From: Candidatus Levybacteria bacterium GW2011_GWA1_37_16
GTDB taxonomy: Bacteria > Patescibacteriota > Microgenomatia > Levybacterales > UBA12049
DNA length: 55,413 nucleotides
Assembly: GCA_943357985.1 (NCBI GenBank)
Contig: CALRGR010000006.1
Location: 1-55,413, forward strand
Reading direction: 5' to 3'
Shown here: positions 27,793-36,841 of the stretch, piece by piece
Layout: each line of letters begins with the position of its first letter
Numbering within the stretch: the first letter of the stretch is position 1
Translations under genes and position numbers: made by a program
Notes under the pieces: model-generated
Database searches by the model: none
What the model saw: the letters and a program-made list of their open reading frames with translations, nothing else
What the model was told of the DNA's origin: nothing

Positions 27793-28238
27793 TAAGATAT
27801 TTTGGTTATAACGTAAGACACTATTCCTGTGGGGATTTCTATTGCTACCTTGTCTCCTGTTTTTCTGCCGGAGATTGCTCTTCCTAATGGAGAAAGTAGT
27901 GAAATTTTCTTTTCTTTTGGGTCTGCTTCTAAATCACCCACTACGTAGTAGGTTACTTCCCCGCTTTTACTTACTAAAGTAACTGTATTTCCAATGTTAA
28001 CAGATTCCTTATCTGTTTTTTCAATGATAATGGATTTTTTTATATCAAGAGAAAGCTTCTTGATTAAATAGTCAATGTGAGAAAGCTTAAATCTTGCAGC
28101 TTTATAGTATCCGTTTTCGGAAAGATCACCCATATCTCTGGCTTTTTTCAAATCTGCCACAGCAATAGGACGCTGCGCAACTGCATTTTTGTAATCTTTT
28201 TTAAGCTTATCAAAGCCTTTCTTTGTAGACCTAATCAC
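27792..28238 (-). CDS. greA: transcription elongation factor GreA (short)
   Basis: ARDMGDLSEN..Y, EADP...ISLLSPLGRAI. Confidence 0.9.
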   Translation of the reverse strand: MIRSTKKGFDKLKKDYKNAVAQRPIAVADLKKARDMGDLSENGYYKAARFKLSHIDYLIKKLSLDIKKSIIIEKTDKESVNIGNTVTLVSKSGEVTYYVVGDLEADPKEKKISLLSPLGRAISGRKTGDKVAIEIPTGIVSYVITKIS

Positions 28239-28253
28239 CGTCTTATTGTAGCA

Positions 28254-29999
28254 TTAGTTAGTGGTTATAAAGGTTTGGCAAAAAACTTCACTACTTAGTT
28301 TTTCTATCCGCAGGTCAGAAAAGCGGATTCCAAAAGGGTAAAGATGCAGGGAATAATTTCCACATGTTCTATCGTTTGCTATAGAGTAAATTGCCCCACT
28401 GTCACTTAGTTGAGCAATTGTTAAAGGCTTGCCTTTATATCTAATGTCTCTTTTGCATTTAATCCCGGACTCAAAAATTACCACGCTGTCCTTTGGTATG
28501 TTCCTTGTTTCTTGACAGGTAATAAAATGTATATTATTGAAAGTGTATTTTTGAGACTTAAATATTTTCGCGACTTCATCCTGGCTTGTACGATTGTACG
28601 AGTTGGTGTAAAACAGGTAATGTTTCAAGGGAGTTTTTGGATCTCCAGTAACCACAAAAATGCTGCTATTTCCATCCTGCAAGGATAAATATTTAGACAG
28701 TACCCTTGCGCTTAGATTGAAAGCTTCGGAATTGTAGATGGGGTTTCTGAAGAAATATATATTTGCAAAATTAATAAAGTGCGCAGCGTAAAGCAAAATT
28801 GTCACGGTTATAATAAGTTTTTTATAAAAACTATTTTTAACTAAAGAGATGATGTAGTAAATACCAAAGCCTATAAACAAGAGCAATATAAGACTAAGGA
28901 GTTGAGATCTAATTGCATAGGAAACCCCAACGTTACTTACTACTGATGGTATCGGGGAAACTGCGACAAGACCTGTTAGAAACAGCCACAGTTTCATATT
29001 TTTCTTAAATAATGCACACAGGCCAACAATAAGGAAAATAGCGTCTATGTAATAAAATGTTCCATGATTCCAAAGACTAAATAGATATTTTGCATCACCG
29101 TGTAAAAAAAGAAAGTTTGGGGAGAAGGCGTTAAAGTATTTGTCTATAGAGTCTTTTAGAAATAGCACTACTTTGTTAGAAAGAACATTGGTTAATGGTG
29201 TCTGAATAGACAATCTCCTCTCGCTATTTGTTGCTTCTATAATAGAAGGTAAGTTGGGAGTTGAAATCTCATTGGTTCGGACTTGAGAAGATGTAAAAAT
29301 GCTAAACGCAAAATACAGCAACATTACAAGACAGAAAGAGAAAAGAGTTAGATATTGTTTAAAAAATCTTCTCTTGTTTACCACAACCCATACGTATAAC
29401 AAAACAATTAATAAAAAGGGCATAAGGATTAATTTTGTCCCAATGTAGCTGTAGAATGCGATAAGAAGAAAAGGAAAGGAAAAAAGAATTTTCCACCCTT
29501 TGGCAATAAGAAGAATATATAAGGCTACTGCAAATCCACATATTGCAAGGGGTGTATCATATGCAGTTCTTCCAAAATAAATAAGCCAAGGATTAATGCT
29601 TGCAATAAGACCAACGATTAATCCTTCTTTTTCCCCAAACAGTTTTCTTGCTATGGCATATATTGTGGCAACGGTTACGGTTCCTATAATTGCATATATC
29701 AGTTTTGATGTAAAAAGAGAGAGTGGTAAAATGCCTACGAATAGTGCGGCTACAATCGAAGGAATTTCTGCTTGAGGAAAGCTGCTTGCGGGAGGAGTCA
29801 AAGATAGCGGGCTCCATGTCCCGCTTATGTCGCTCCCATTTAAAAATAATGCCTTTGCGTTAAGTAGATAATCTAGCTCATCATTGCTTATTCCGACCGG
29901 AATTCTATCTAGCCAGAGCGTCCTTATAAACAGAGAAAATAAGACAACAAAAAGTAACGGAAGTAATGAATGAAAACTTTTCTTCCAGGATTTAAACAT
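28254..29999 (-). CDS. GT-C (ArnT/PMT-like) glycosyltransferase
   Basis: Multi-TM; DE motif after TM1; FLFLHGD. Confidence 0.75.
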   Translation of the reverse strand: MFKSWKKSFHSLLPLLFVVLFSLFIRTLWLDRIPVGISNDELDYLLNAKALFLNGSDISGTWSPLSLTPPASSFPQAEIPSIVAALFVGILPLSLFTSKLIYAIIGTVTVATIYAIARKLFGEKEGLIVGLIASINPWLIYFGRTAYDTPLAICGFAVALYILLIAKGWKILFSFPFLLIAFYSYIGTKLILMPFLLIVLLYVWVVVNKRRFFKQYLTLFSFCLVMLLYFAFSIFTSSQVRTNEISTPNLPSIIEATNSERRLSIQTPLTNVLSNKVVLFLKDSIDKYFNAFSPNFLFLHGDAKYLFSLWNHGTFYYIDAIFLIVGLCALFKKNMKLWLFLTGLVAVSPIPSVVSNVGVSYAIRSQLLSLILLLFIGFGIYYIISLVKNSFYKKLIITVTILLYAAHFINFANIYFFRNPIYNSEAFNLSARVLSKYLSLQDGNSSIFVVTGDPKTPLKHYLFYTNSYNRTSQDEVAKIFKSQKYTFNNIHFITCQETRNIPKDSVVIFESGIKCKRDIRYKGKPLTIAQLSDSGAIYSIANDRTCGNYSLHLYPFGIRFSDLRIEKLSSEVFCQTFITTN

Positions 30000-30032
30000 A
30001 AAAGTCTAGACCAAGCATATTATATAGAAAGC

Positions 30033-31541
30033 TCACTGGAGGTCAATATTAAAATCTTGTTTTAGTTTTTCAATTCTAATTTTCGGAATACTTTTTATCT
30101 TGTCTTTTCTTACATATAAGCAGGTAGGTTTTCTTTCTGATGTAAAGTTTTTATATTGACTTTTATACTGCTTTGGGATTAATCTCTCTAAGTTTTTCTC
30201 TTTTGGGCAAGAACCATAGTAAAAAACTGGCGGATTTTCCTCAAACATTGTAAGTCTTGCATTAGAGTAGTTTTCAAATCTTGGCATAAAGGAGGTATAC
30301 CACGAATACTTATAAGGAGAAGGAAGATCTACTTGCCAGTGAGTCAGTTCATCAAAGCCGTCGGCAAAATAAGTGTCATTCTCATTTTTTAAGACACTTA
30401 TTACATTTCCCGCCTCAAGTATTTTCCCGTAGTTTGTGATAAATTCTTCGTGTGGGCTTATCTTTTCCACAAGAAAAGAGCGAGGCACATACAAAACAAA
30501 TGCCAAAGCTAAAAACAGTAATGTAGGAGCAAAGTATTTTTTGGCATAACTGCAAATAAGCAAGAACGTAAAGGATACTAGCAGTCCGTACCAAGGAAGA
30601 AGATGAAATGCTGCATAGAATATTTTTCCAGCCTCCGTACTCCTTATATTTGCCAGTCCTAAAATCAGGAATATAACAAAAAATAATTTATATTTTTTAA
30701 GCCTTATTAAATTTATTGCATGCAGAATAAATAATAAATTTATGGAAGACAAAAGTAGCATAAGGGCATTTCTTTCACTACTTAAGATTATATAAAATGG
30801 GTAAAAAAATGATCTTAAGAGATCAAGTATCTCCAACTGTCCTTTAAACATGATTGAGTTATAAACAAATACATTTTGAAAATATTCCCTAAGGGGTATT
30901 AGCAAGAGCGTGGTTGCAAAGAGGAGAAAAAAGACAAAAATAGGATAAATTTTAATTCTTTCACGATTTCCGTAAAAAATTAATACAAAAAGAAAGAGCG
31001 CAACGGGAATATATGGTTCTCTCATAAAAATGACAAACCAGGTAAAGACCGAAGCTAAAAAATAGTCTATGGGTAATATTTTTTTCTTTGAGAATTTATA
31101 AAAAACAATAACGGAAAGATAGACCAGCGGATAGACTATTAAGCCTTCGGCAAGAAATCTGTCCCCAAATAAATAAAACTTGCTAAATTCATAAATTATT
31201 GCAAAAAAGACCATGGGTAACCCAAACCTGAGGATTAACATAAAGTTGAAAATAAAACCAAAAAATAAAACAAATTGCCTGTGTTTTAAAATTAGGTCAT
31301 ATACATTTGTAGGATTTATCTGCTGAATAAAAGCGCTTATATGCGGCATTAGCATTTGATGGTTAAAGAAAATATCCGAGTAAAGAGTTTTGCCTTCATT
31401 TATGAAGTATCCTGCGGCTATATTAAAACAATCATCAAAGCATCCAAAGGCACTAACCCGGGGCATGTAAATTTTATATAAAATAAAATAAGCAACAAGA
31501 AGAAAGAATAAGATAGAAAGAGTTTTAGAAATTTTTATCAC
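30033..31541 (-). CDS. multi-TM GT-C-like membrane protein
   Basis: DD motif, GKTLYSDIFFNH, many TM helices. Confidence 0.6.
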   Translation of the reverse strand: MIKISKTLSILFFLLVAYFILYKIYMPRVSAFGCFDDCFNIAAGYFINEGKTLYSDIFFNHQMLMPHISAFIQQINPTNVYDLILKHRQFVLFFGFIFNFMLILRFGLPMVFFAIIYEFSKFYLFGDRFLAEGLIVYPLVYLSVIVFYKFSKKKILPIDYFLASVFTWFVIFMREPYIPVALFLFVLIFYGNRERIKIYPIFVFFLLFATTLLLIPLREYFQNVFVYNSIMFKGQLEILDLLRSFFYPFYIILSSERNALMLLLSSINLLFILHAINLIRLKKYKLFFVIFLILGLANIRSTEAGKIFYAAFHLLPWYGLLVSFTFLLICSYAKKYFAPTLLFLALAFVLYVPRSFLVEKISPHEEFITNYGKILEAGNVISVLKNENDTYFADGFDELTHWQVDLPSPYKYSWYTSFMPRFENYSNARLTMFEENPPVFYYGSCPKEKNLERLIPKQYKSQYKNFTSERKPTCLYVRKDKIKSIPKIRIEKLKQDFNIDLQ

Positions 31542-31557
31542 TAACTTAATATAGCTT

Positions 31558-31587
31558 AAAAAGGATTGTTTTTCTACAATCCTTTTT
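31558..31587. terminator. bidirectional-type intrinsic terminator
   Basis: AAAAAGGATTG-N8-CAATCCTTTTT. Confidence 0.7.
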
Positions 31588-31631
31588 AAGCTTACTAAAA
31601 CCTGCCCTAGTAAACAGTAAAGTTTTACTTT

Positions 31632-31835
31632 TTAACTGCAGATTTTGCAATCTTTCTTGTGCCCTATCCCTACATAAACAGCTGATAAACCGATTAAGGT
31701 ATAAACAACGGTTTCTGCTCCTGGCATTGTGCCAAGAAGAGTTGTTACGAGATTTAGGTTAAAAAGACCAACTAGTCCCCAATTAAGGGCACCAACTAAA
31801 ACAAGAAGAATCGCTACCATGTGAAGATTTTTCAT
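31632..31835 (-). CDS. DUF378 family small membrane protein
   Basis: VGALNWGLVGLF.LNLV...YTLIGLS; GGAGGTG SD. Confidence 0.9.
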   Translation of the reverse strand: MKNLHMVAILLVLVGALNWGLVGLFNLNLVTTLLGTMPGAETVVYTLIGLSAVYVGIGHKKDCKICS

Positions 31836-31938
31836 TTAATTCACCTCCTTTCAAATTAATACTAATTTAATGTAGACATAAAAAAACTTCTAAGTCAAGG
31901 ATTTTAAGTTAGGTTTTAAGATGATAGAATATAAATTC

Positions 31939-32886
31939 ATGAGAAAGGCTTGGATATTTCTAATAGTTGCTGTAGTTGTTGCTATTTTTGCGTATGGATT
32001 GAGCCTAAAGATTCTTGATAGGGAGTATGGTGTTACGTCTCCCCTGCCTTCATTCTTAAGCATAATAGAGAACAGCGAAGTCTCAACTTTAGACATTTGG
32101 ACGCCCGTTATAGGGGCTCTATTTACAAGTTCCGGCGTTCCTGAAATTTCCGCTAAATCGGCTCTTATTTATGACACAACTACCAAGAAGACGCTTTACT
32201 CTAAAAATGCTCTTGAGAGGCTTCCTATGGCTTCTCTCACCAAGATAATGACTGCCGTAGTAGCACTAGAAAACAGCAAAAAAGATAACTATATTGTTAA
32301 AGAGAGAGATTTGGTTGGAGAAGATAGCATGGGATTATCCAGGGGAGAAGTTATGAGCCTAAATGAGCTTTTGTATGGACTTATGCTTTACTCTGGAAAT
32401 GATGCCGCCGAGACAATTGCAAGCAACTACACAAAAGGACGTGAAGGATTTATTAAGGCCATGAATGATAAGGCAAACTCTTTGGGTCTTAAGGACACGC
32501 ATTTTACAAATCCAACAGGACTTGAAGGAGATGGCAATCAATACACAACTGTTCATGATTTACTTGTAATTACAGACTACGCAATGCGTTTTGAGCAGTT
32601 TGCAAAGGTAGTTGAAACTTTTCAACATCATATTCCATACACATTAGATCACAAAGAGTTTTTTCTGGAAAACACTACAAATCTTTTGACAAGTTACCCG
32701 GGAATCAAAGGTGTGAAGATAGGTTACACGCCGGAAGCCGGAGAGTGTTTGGTCACTTATCTTGATTACAAAGGCCACAAAATTATAGGAATTATTTTGG
32801 GGAGTGATAACAGAAGACAGGAAATGAAAGATCTTTTAGATTTTGCCTTAGAATCGGAAGGTGTTCCTCCCCCTCCCCACGGTTAA
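31939..32886 (+). CDS. dacA: D-alanyl-D-alanine carboxypeptidase (peptidase S11)
   Basis: ASLTK, SGN, FTNPTGL, KIG (variant of KTG). Confidence 0.9.
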   Translation: MRKAWIFLIVAVVVAIFAYGLSLKILDREYGVTSPLPSFLSIIENSEVSTLDIWTPVIGALFTSSGVPEISAKSALIYDTTTKKTLYSKNALERLPMASLTKIMTAVVALENSKKDNYIVKERDLVGEDSMGLSRGEVMSLNELLYGLMLYSGNDAAETIASNYTKGREGFIKAMNDKANSLGLKDTHFTNPTGLEGDGNQYTTVHDLLVITDYAMRFEQFAKVVETFQHHIPYTLDHKEFFLENTTNLLTSYPGIKGVKIGYTPEAGECLVTYLDYKGHKIIGIILGSDNRRQEMKDLLDFALESEGVPPPPHG

Positions 32887-33218
32887 TTTAGAGATTTTTG
32901 CCTTTTTAACTTATGAACGTCTCCCCATTCCTGCATTAGTTTCATGATTGGAAGCAACGTCTTGCCATAGTCTGTAAGGGAATATTCAACATGAGGTGGA
33001 ATAACAGGGAATACTTTTCTCTTAATAATTCCATCATTTTCAAGCTCACGCAATTGTTGAACCAACATTTTCTGCGTGATACCTGAAATTCCTCTTTCCA
33101 ACTCGTTAGTTCTTAAGGAATTTGTCTTAACCATAAAAAGAATAAGAGGTTTCCATTTCCCACCTATGATATGTAGAGTTTCTTTTACCGATGAACATTC
33201 TATCGTTATTGTCTTCAT
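32883..33218 (-). CDS. HxlR-family winged-helix regulator
   Basis: IGGKWK, ITQKMLVQQLRELE.DGII.R...PPHVEYSLT..G. Confidence 0.93.
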   Translation of the reverse strand: MKTITIECSSVKETLHIIGGKWKPLILFMVKTNSLRTNELERGISGITQKMLVQQLRELENDGIIKRKVFPVIPPHVEYSLTDYGKTLLPIMKLMQEWGDVHKLKRQKSLN

Positions 33219-33233
33219 GCTTACTTTTTTATT

Positions 33234-33258
33234 AGTACCTTACTTTATAGTAGGTACT
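33234..33258. promoter_or_regulatory. palindromic operator between hxlR and the divergent gene
   Basis: AGTACCT-TACTTTATAGT-AGGTACT. Confidence 0.6.
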
Positions 33259-33293
33259 TGTACTTTAAGACATTATAGCATATAAATCAAGCC

Positions 33294-33956
33294 ATGGAAA
33301 GAGAAAAGCAAAATAGGTCTCCGCAGGAGTTAAATGCGGAATTTGGGAAAATTCTTGGTGCATTGCCCGGGCCAACTTCACAAGACTTTGAGGATAATTT
33401 TGAGATAAGCGAAGAAGCGCAGGCTGTTCTTGATGGTTTAATACCACGAGATTGGTTAGATGATGATCCTACAGGAACTGTGCGAGAGATATGGACTGAT
33501 TTAGCAAAAGTTGAAGCGTCTAAGAATAGACGTGAGAATAGCTTGTATGGAGGAATATTGATGTCTAAATTCCAAGAATTAAGGCCTTTTGTACAAGGAA
33601 CAGAAGCTTTTAGGGAACATTTACCAGAGGAGTTAAGATTATTTATTAAGATTGGGGGTGCTTGGGGAGAATATTTGCACGGCGATGACCAGGGAGGTAT
33701 TTTCCATTCGGAATCAGTAAGGCCAATTGAAGAAAGAAGTTATCAAGAGCTTTATCAGCGTGTTCGTTGGTTTGGTAAGGGTATATTTCCTGATCCATGG
33801 TGGAAAGAGCCGGACTATGCTAACGAACCTGCTTATCAAGAAATGGTGTCTTTGGGAAAAAGATGGAAAAATGAATTTGTGCAAAAGTATGGATATTCTC
33901 CGCTTGATGGATTTGGAAGAGAAATCGAATTCAGAGGCGACGGTAAAGAACTTTAA
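33294..33956 (+). CDS. hypothetical protein
   Basis: 220-aa acidic ORF with no recognised motif. Confidence 0.7.
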   Translation: MEREKQNRSPQELNAEFGKILGALPGPTSQDFEDNFEISEEAQAVLDGLIPRDWLDDDPTGTVREIWTDLAKVEASKNRRENSLYGGILMSKFQELRPFVQGTEAFREHLPEELRLFIKIGGAWGEYLHGDDQGGIFHSESVRPIEERSYQELYQRVRWFGKGIFPDPWWKEPDYANEPAYQEMVSLGKRWKNEFVQKYGYSPLDGFGREIEFRGDGKEL

Positions 33957-33982
33957 AAGTTAGAAGGTGTCCCTCCCCACGG

Positions 33983-34528
33983 TTAAACACTTAGTGGAAA
34001 TTTTCTAAAAACAGTGTAGGTTTGAGAAATAAGAGGAATATCTACTTCTCCAATCTTGGGATTTTTTCTAAAGTCGTCTAATTGCATTCCCTCTCTTAAA
34101 CCACAGCTAACGCTGCTATATATTAGACATCCATTGGGCTTAAGCGTTCTCATTACATCGTCAAACTCTTCTTCTGAAAGGTGAACGTCTTGAATGAAGG
34201 CCGCATCGAAGGCCTCGTCTACAAAAGGAGAGTGTTCAATTTTTCCGTATAGTGCGTTTTTATTTTGGGAATGTGCCGTTTCCAGATTGGTCACTTTGCC
34301 GCTGTCCAGATTGACAATTTCTTCCGGGGTAAAAACAATACTTAGAGACAAGGTGTCATTCCCACTGCCCGGATAGTAGATTCTGGATATGGGAAATTTA
34401 TCCCTAATTCTTTGTAAATCTATTAGTCTTTGTAATCCTGTTGGTGCTACATCTTTTCTGGGAGCAAACTTATCTACCAAAAAGGTTGCTACTTTTTCTG
34501 CGGTTCTATTGCCAAGTCTTTCAAACAT
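33983..34528 (-). CDS. class I SAM-dependent methyltransferase-like protein
   Basis: YYPGSG, NLD, PF.DEAFD, RTLKPNG. Confidence 0.75.
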   Translation of the reverse strand: MFERLGNRTAEKVATFLVDKFAPRKDVAPTGLQRLIDLQRIRDKFPISRIYYPGSGNDTLSLSIVFTPEEIVNLDSGKVTNLETAHSQNKNALYGKIEHSPFVDEAFDAAFIQDVHLSEEEFDDVMRTLKPNGCLIYSSVSCGLREGMQLDDFRKNPKIGEVDIPLISQTYTVFRKFPLSV

Positions 34529-34619
34529 TTTTGGATTATATCAAAATTAGAGTCTGAAGGCATTACTCTCCCACAGCACGGTTGATTGAACCACTGATTT
34601 AAGTTAGAATATAGACTCA

Positions 34620-34702
34620 GCCGTGGTGGTGGAATGGCATACACGGAGGCCTTAAGAGCCTTTGTCAGCAATGGCATGAGAGTTCGACTCTCTCCCGCGG
34701 CA
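34620..34702 (+). tRNA. tRNA-Leu(TAA)
   Basis: GAGGC-CTTAAGA-GCCTT arm; promoter TTGATT-17-TAGAAT upstream. Confidence 0.92.
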
Positions 34703-34719
34703 CATTATGAGTTAGATTT

Positions 34720-34795
<76 letters not shown>

Positions 34796-34830
34796 ATAAC
34801 TAGATCAGTGCAGATAGGTATTGTATAATA

Positions 34831-34930
34831 GTTGCGCGACAGCGTCGGCTCGTTACGGATTTTACCCGAGCAGCGCAACCTTAAAGAGAAATCGTGTGGG
34901 AAAAACCGCGAGGTTTGTCCCAACAGAGTC
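34831..34930 (+). ncRNA. unassigned structured RNA candidate between tRNA-Pro and tRNA-Gly
   Basis: GTTGCGC/GCGCAAC and GCTCG/CGAGC stems; GGGA.AAACC-GCGA-GGTTT.TCCC GNRA hairpin; TATAAT upstream. Confidence 0.45.
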
Positions 34931-35001
34931 GCGGGTGTAGTTCAATGGTAGAACGCAACTTTTCCAAAGTTGTCACGAGAGTTCGATTCTCTTCACCCGC
35001 T
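34931..35001 (+). tRNA. tRNA-Gly(TCC)
   Basis: CAACT-TTTCCAA-AGTTG arm. Confidence 0.94.
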
Positions 35002-35031
35002 CACATTTCGATAAGGCTCAAATATGAATAT

Positions 35032-35104
35032 GTGCTCGTAGCTCAATGGATAGAGCACCTCCCTTCTAAGGAGGTGGTTGGTGGTTCGATCCCACTCGGG
35101 CACA
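35032..35104 (+). tRNA. tRNA-Arg(TCT)
   Basis: CCTCC-CTTCTAA-GGAGG arm. Confidence 0.94.
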
Positions 35105-35123
35105 CAATATTTATAAGCGAAAT

Positions 35124-35196
35124 GGTGGATGTAGTTCAACAGTAGAACGCCTGCTTGTGGAGCAGGAGGTCGCGGGGGCGGCACCCGTCATCCACC
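35124..35196 (+). tRNA. tRNA-His(GTG) with non-canonical D and T loops
   Basis: CCTGC-TTGTGGA-GCAGG arm; G-1/C73; T-loop GGCGGCA. Confidence 0.85.
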
Positions 35197-35198
35197 CA

Positions 35199-35531
35199 CT
35201 ATTTTTTGGCTTTGGTTTCCTCTATGTCTTTGAGGAGTTCTGCTTTTAAAGCTTCCGCAGTTTTCCTAATCTTGTTCTCTATGTTTTCAGCTTTAGTCTT
35301 AAGTAAATCCCAAATCTTGTCATGATTATCATCTCTTACGTGTCTAAGAAATTCTTTTTTATCTTCCTGTGGAAGCTCGGATAAGACTGTATCTAAAACT
35401 GCATGGTGAATGTTGCTTTCGGCAAGAGACAGAAGATGTACTCTTTCATCCTGGGTTAAATCCATATCCGCAATTTCAATAGAAATTGACGTTGTGTCAA
35501 CTACGTGGCTATAAAAATGTTTATTTTTCAT
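35199..35531 (-). CDS. conserved hypothetical helical protein
   Basis: 110-aa ORF coupled to the upstream gene; HHAVLDTVLSEL. Confidence 0.7.
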   Translation of the reverse strand: MKNKHFYSHVVDTTSISIEIADMDLTQDERVHLLSLAESNIHHAVLDTVLSELPQEDKKEFLRHVRDDNHDKIWDLLKTKAENIENKIRKTAEALKAELLKDIEETKAKK

Positions 35532-35536
35532 TGTAC

Positions 35537-36412
35537 TTATTGTACTACGTTAATTGGCCCCAATGGAATTTTATCTTCCGGATCGTCAATAAAGAAATAA
35601 ACAACAGAGCCTACTTGTGATCCGTCTACTCTTTCTAGGTAATGCATTACTTCGGGTGACCCTCCAAGATGCTTTTTCGTCCATTGGGCAGGTCCTGCAT
35701 CTCCAATAACTACAACCATTGCCTTGCCATTGTCGGGATTTACTATCAGCATTTTTTTGAATCTAAAAAATTCGGAAAATTTCCTAACATTTTCATTGTA
35801 TCCAGGAGCAAGAAAAGTTTGAATTGCCAGATAGTATTTTTCCCTCATGTTATCCTGTTGAGTCATTTGAGATGAAGAGGGGGCAAAATACCTCCATGCT
35901 CCAAGCCCAGGAGCCATTCCAGAACTCCAGTATTGTCTTGCGTCATTTTCGTTGTCAAAATGAGTTGACATAGTATCTCCCGAATATCTTGCTAAATGCT
36001 GCTCTGCGCCAATTCTTCCATAATTTCTCTCAAGTCTTATTCCATTTTCCTCTGCGCTAATAGCTAATCCATAATTCCGTTTTAAAATTTCTATGGTTTT
36101 GTTTTCCTGGTCTTTTGTCAATGGTTGGGCTTGTTCCGGCAAGGCGGACAAAAGGTCTGATATTAAAAAAACTTTTTTATCTATCGTTGCCGCAAGTTCC
36201 TGACCTGATGCAACAGGAATGTGGTTTACAAGAAGCGGTTTTCCCGGAGATGCAAGAATCAATAAGCCCCCAAGAGAACTTACCATTATTTGCTTGGAAT
36301 TTTTGCTTAACCACTCAAGGGAGTCTTTGTGCTTTTCAATAAGAGTTTTTTGTAAGTTTTTGTGACGGGCTGTCCACTTTTCTTTTAGATTGCGATAATG
36401 AGAATTAGGCAT
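35537..36412 (-). CDS. hypothetical protein with an RlpA-like (DPBB) C-terminal motif
   Basis: IVNPDNGKAMVVVIGDAGP resembles the DPBB N..NG..V.V.I.D.GP motif; hydrophobic anchor near the N-terminus. Confidence 0.55.
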   Translation of the reverse strand: MPNSHYRNLKEKWTARHKNLQKTLIEKHKDSLEWLSKNSKQIMVSSLGGLLILASPGKPLLVNHIPVASGQELAATIDKKVFLISDLLSALPEQAQPLTKDQENKTIEILKRNYGLAISAEENGIRLERNYGRIGAEQHLARYSGDTMSTHFDNENDARQYWSSGMAPGLGAWRYFAPSSSQMTQQDNMREKYYLAIQTFLAPGYNENVRKFSEFFRFKKMLIVNPDNGKAMVVVIGDAGPAQWTKKHLGGSPEVMHYLERVDGSQVGSVVYFFIDDPEDKIPLGPINVVQ

Positions 36413-36449
36413 TACTTAAACTATATCACAGAGGATTGGCGTCAATCTA

Positions 36450-36677
36450 CTATGCTCCTTTTGGAGGTTGCGGTTCATCGTTGCTGTCAGGCCTGGGGCG
36501 GGGAATTCTGGTCACGTTTGTTCCCTGAAAAGGTCTTTGTAAGTCTGCTTGTTCGGTCTGCCACGTTCTGTCTATAACTTCCTGGTCACTGAGATTTTGA
36601 GTAATTAATGCTGGAGTGACGTTTGGTATCTCTTCTGCTTGTGATGACTTTCTACTAAATTTAAATATTTCCCACAT
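36450..36677 (-). CDS. hypothetical protein; an upstream in-frame ATG at 36713 is cut off by TAA
   Basis: 75-aa ORF; promoter TTGACA-17-TACATT upstream. Confidence 0.5.
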   Translation of the reverse strand: MWEIFKFSRKSSQAEEIPNVTPALITQNLSDQEVIDRTWQTEQADLQRPFQGTNVTRIPRPRPDSNDEPQPPKGA

Positions 36678-36745
36678 TTTCTTTAATGGATTAGGTTAGC
36701 CTATGTTATCCATAATATGTAATGTACAGTTTAAACATCCTTGTG

Positions 36746-36771
36746 TCAATCCCGATTCAATCGGGATCAAT
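36746..36771. repeat. REP-like palindrome flanked by TCAAT direct repeats
   Basis: TCAAT-CCCGATTCAATCGGGA-TCAAT. Confidence 0.65.
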
Positions 36772-36841
36772 GGGAAATTTGATAGCAAGAGTATTATTTT
36801 GTTCTATTGTTTTTCGCCTATAATTCGAATATTATTTAATT

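Larger units (their letters stand above)
32857..33986. mobile_element. integrase-free islet bounded by a duplicated dacA 3' end
   Basis: GAAGGTGT(TCCTCC)CCCTCCCCACGGTTAA at 32857-32886 and 33963-33986. Confidence 0.65.

Noticed and set aside
34831-34930. HDV-like/theta ribozyme or extra tRNA
   Set aside because: No nested double-pseudoknot pattern or cloverleaf could be built, and it does not abut a tRNA 3' end
36802-36816. LexA box upstream of dinB (GTTC-N7-TTTC)
   Set aside because: One imperfect match in AT-rich DNA; I cannot establish the lineage motif from this window
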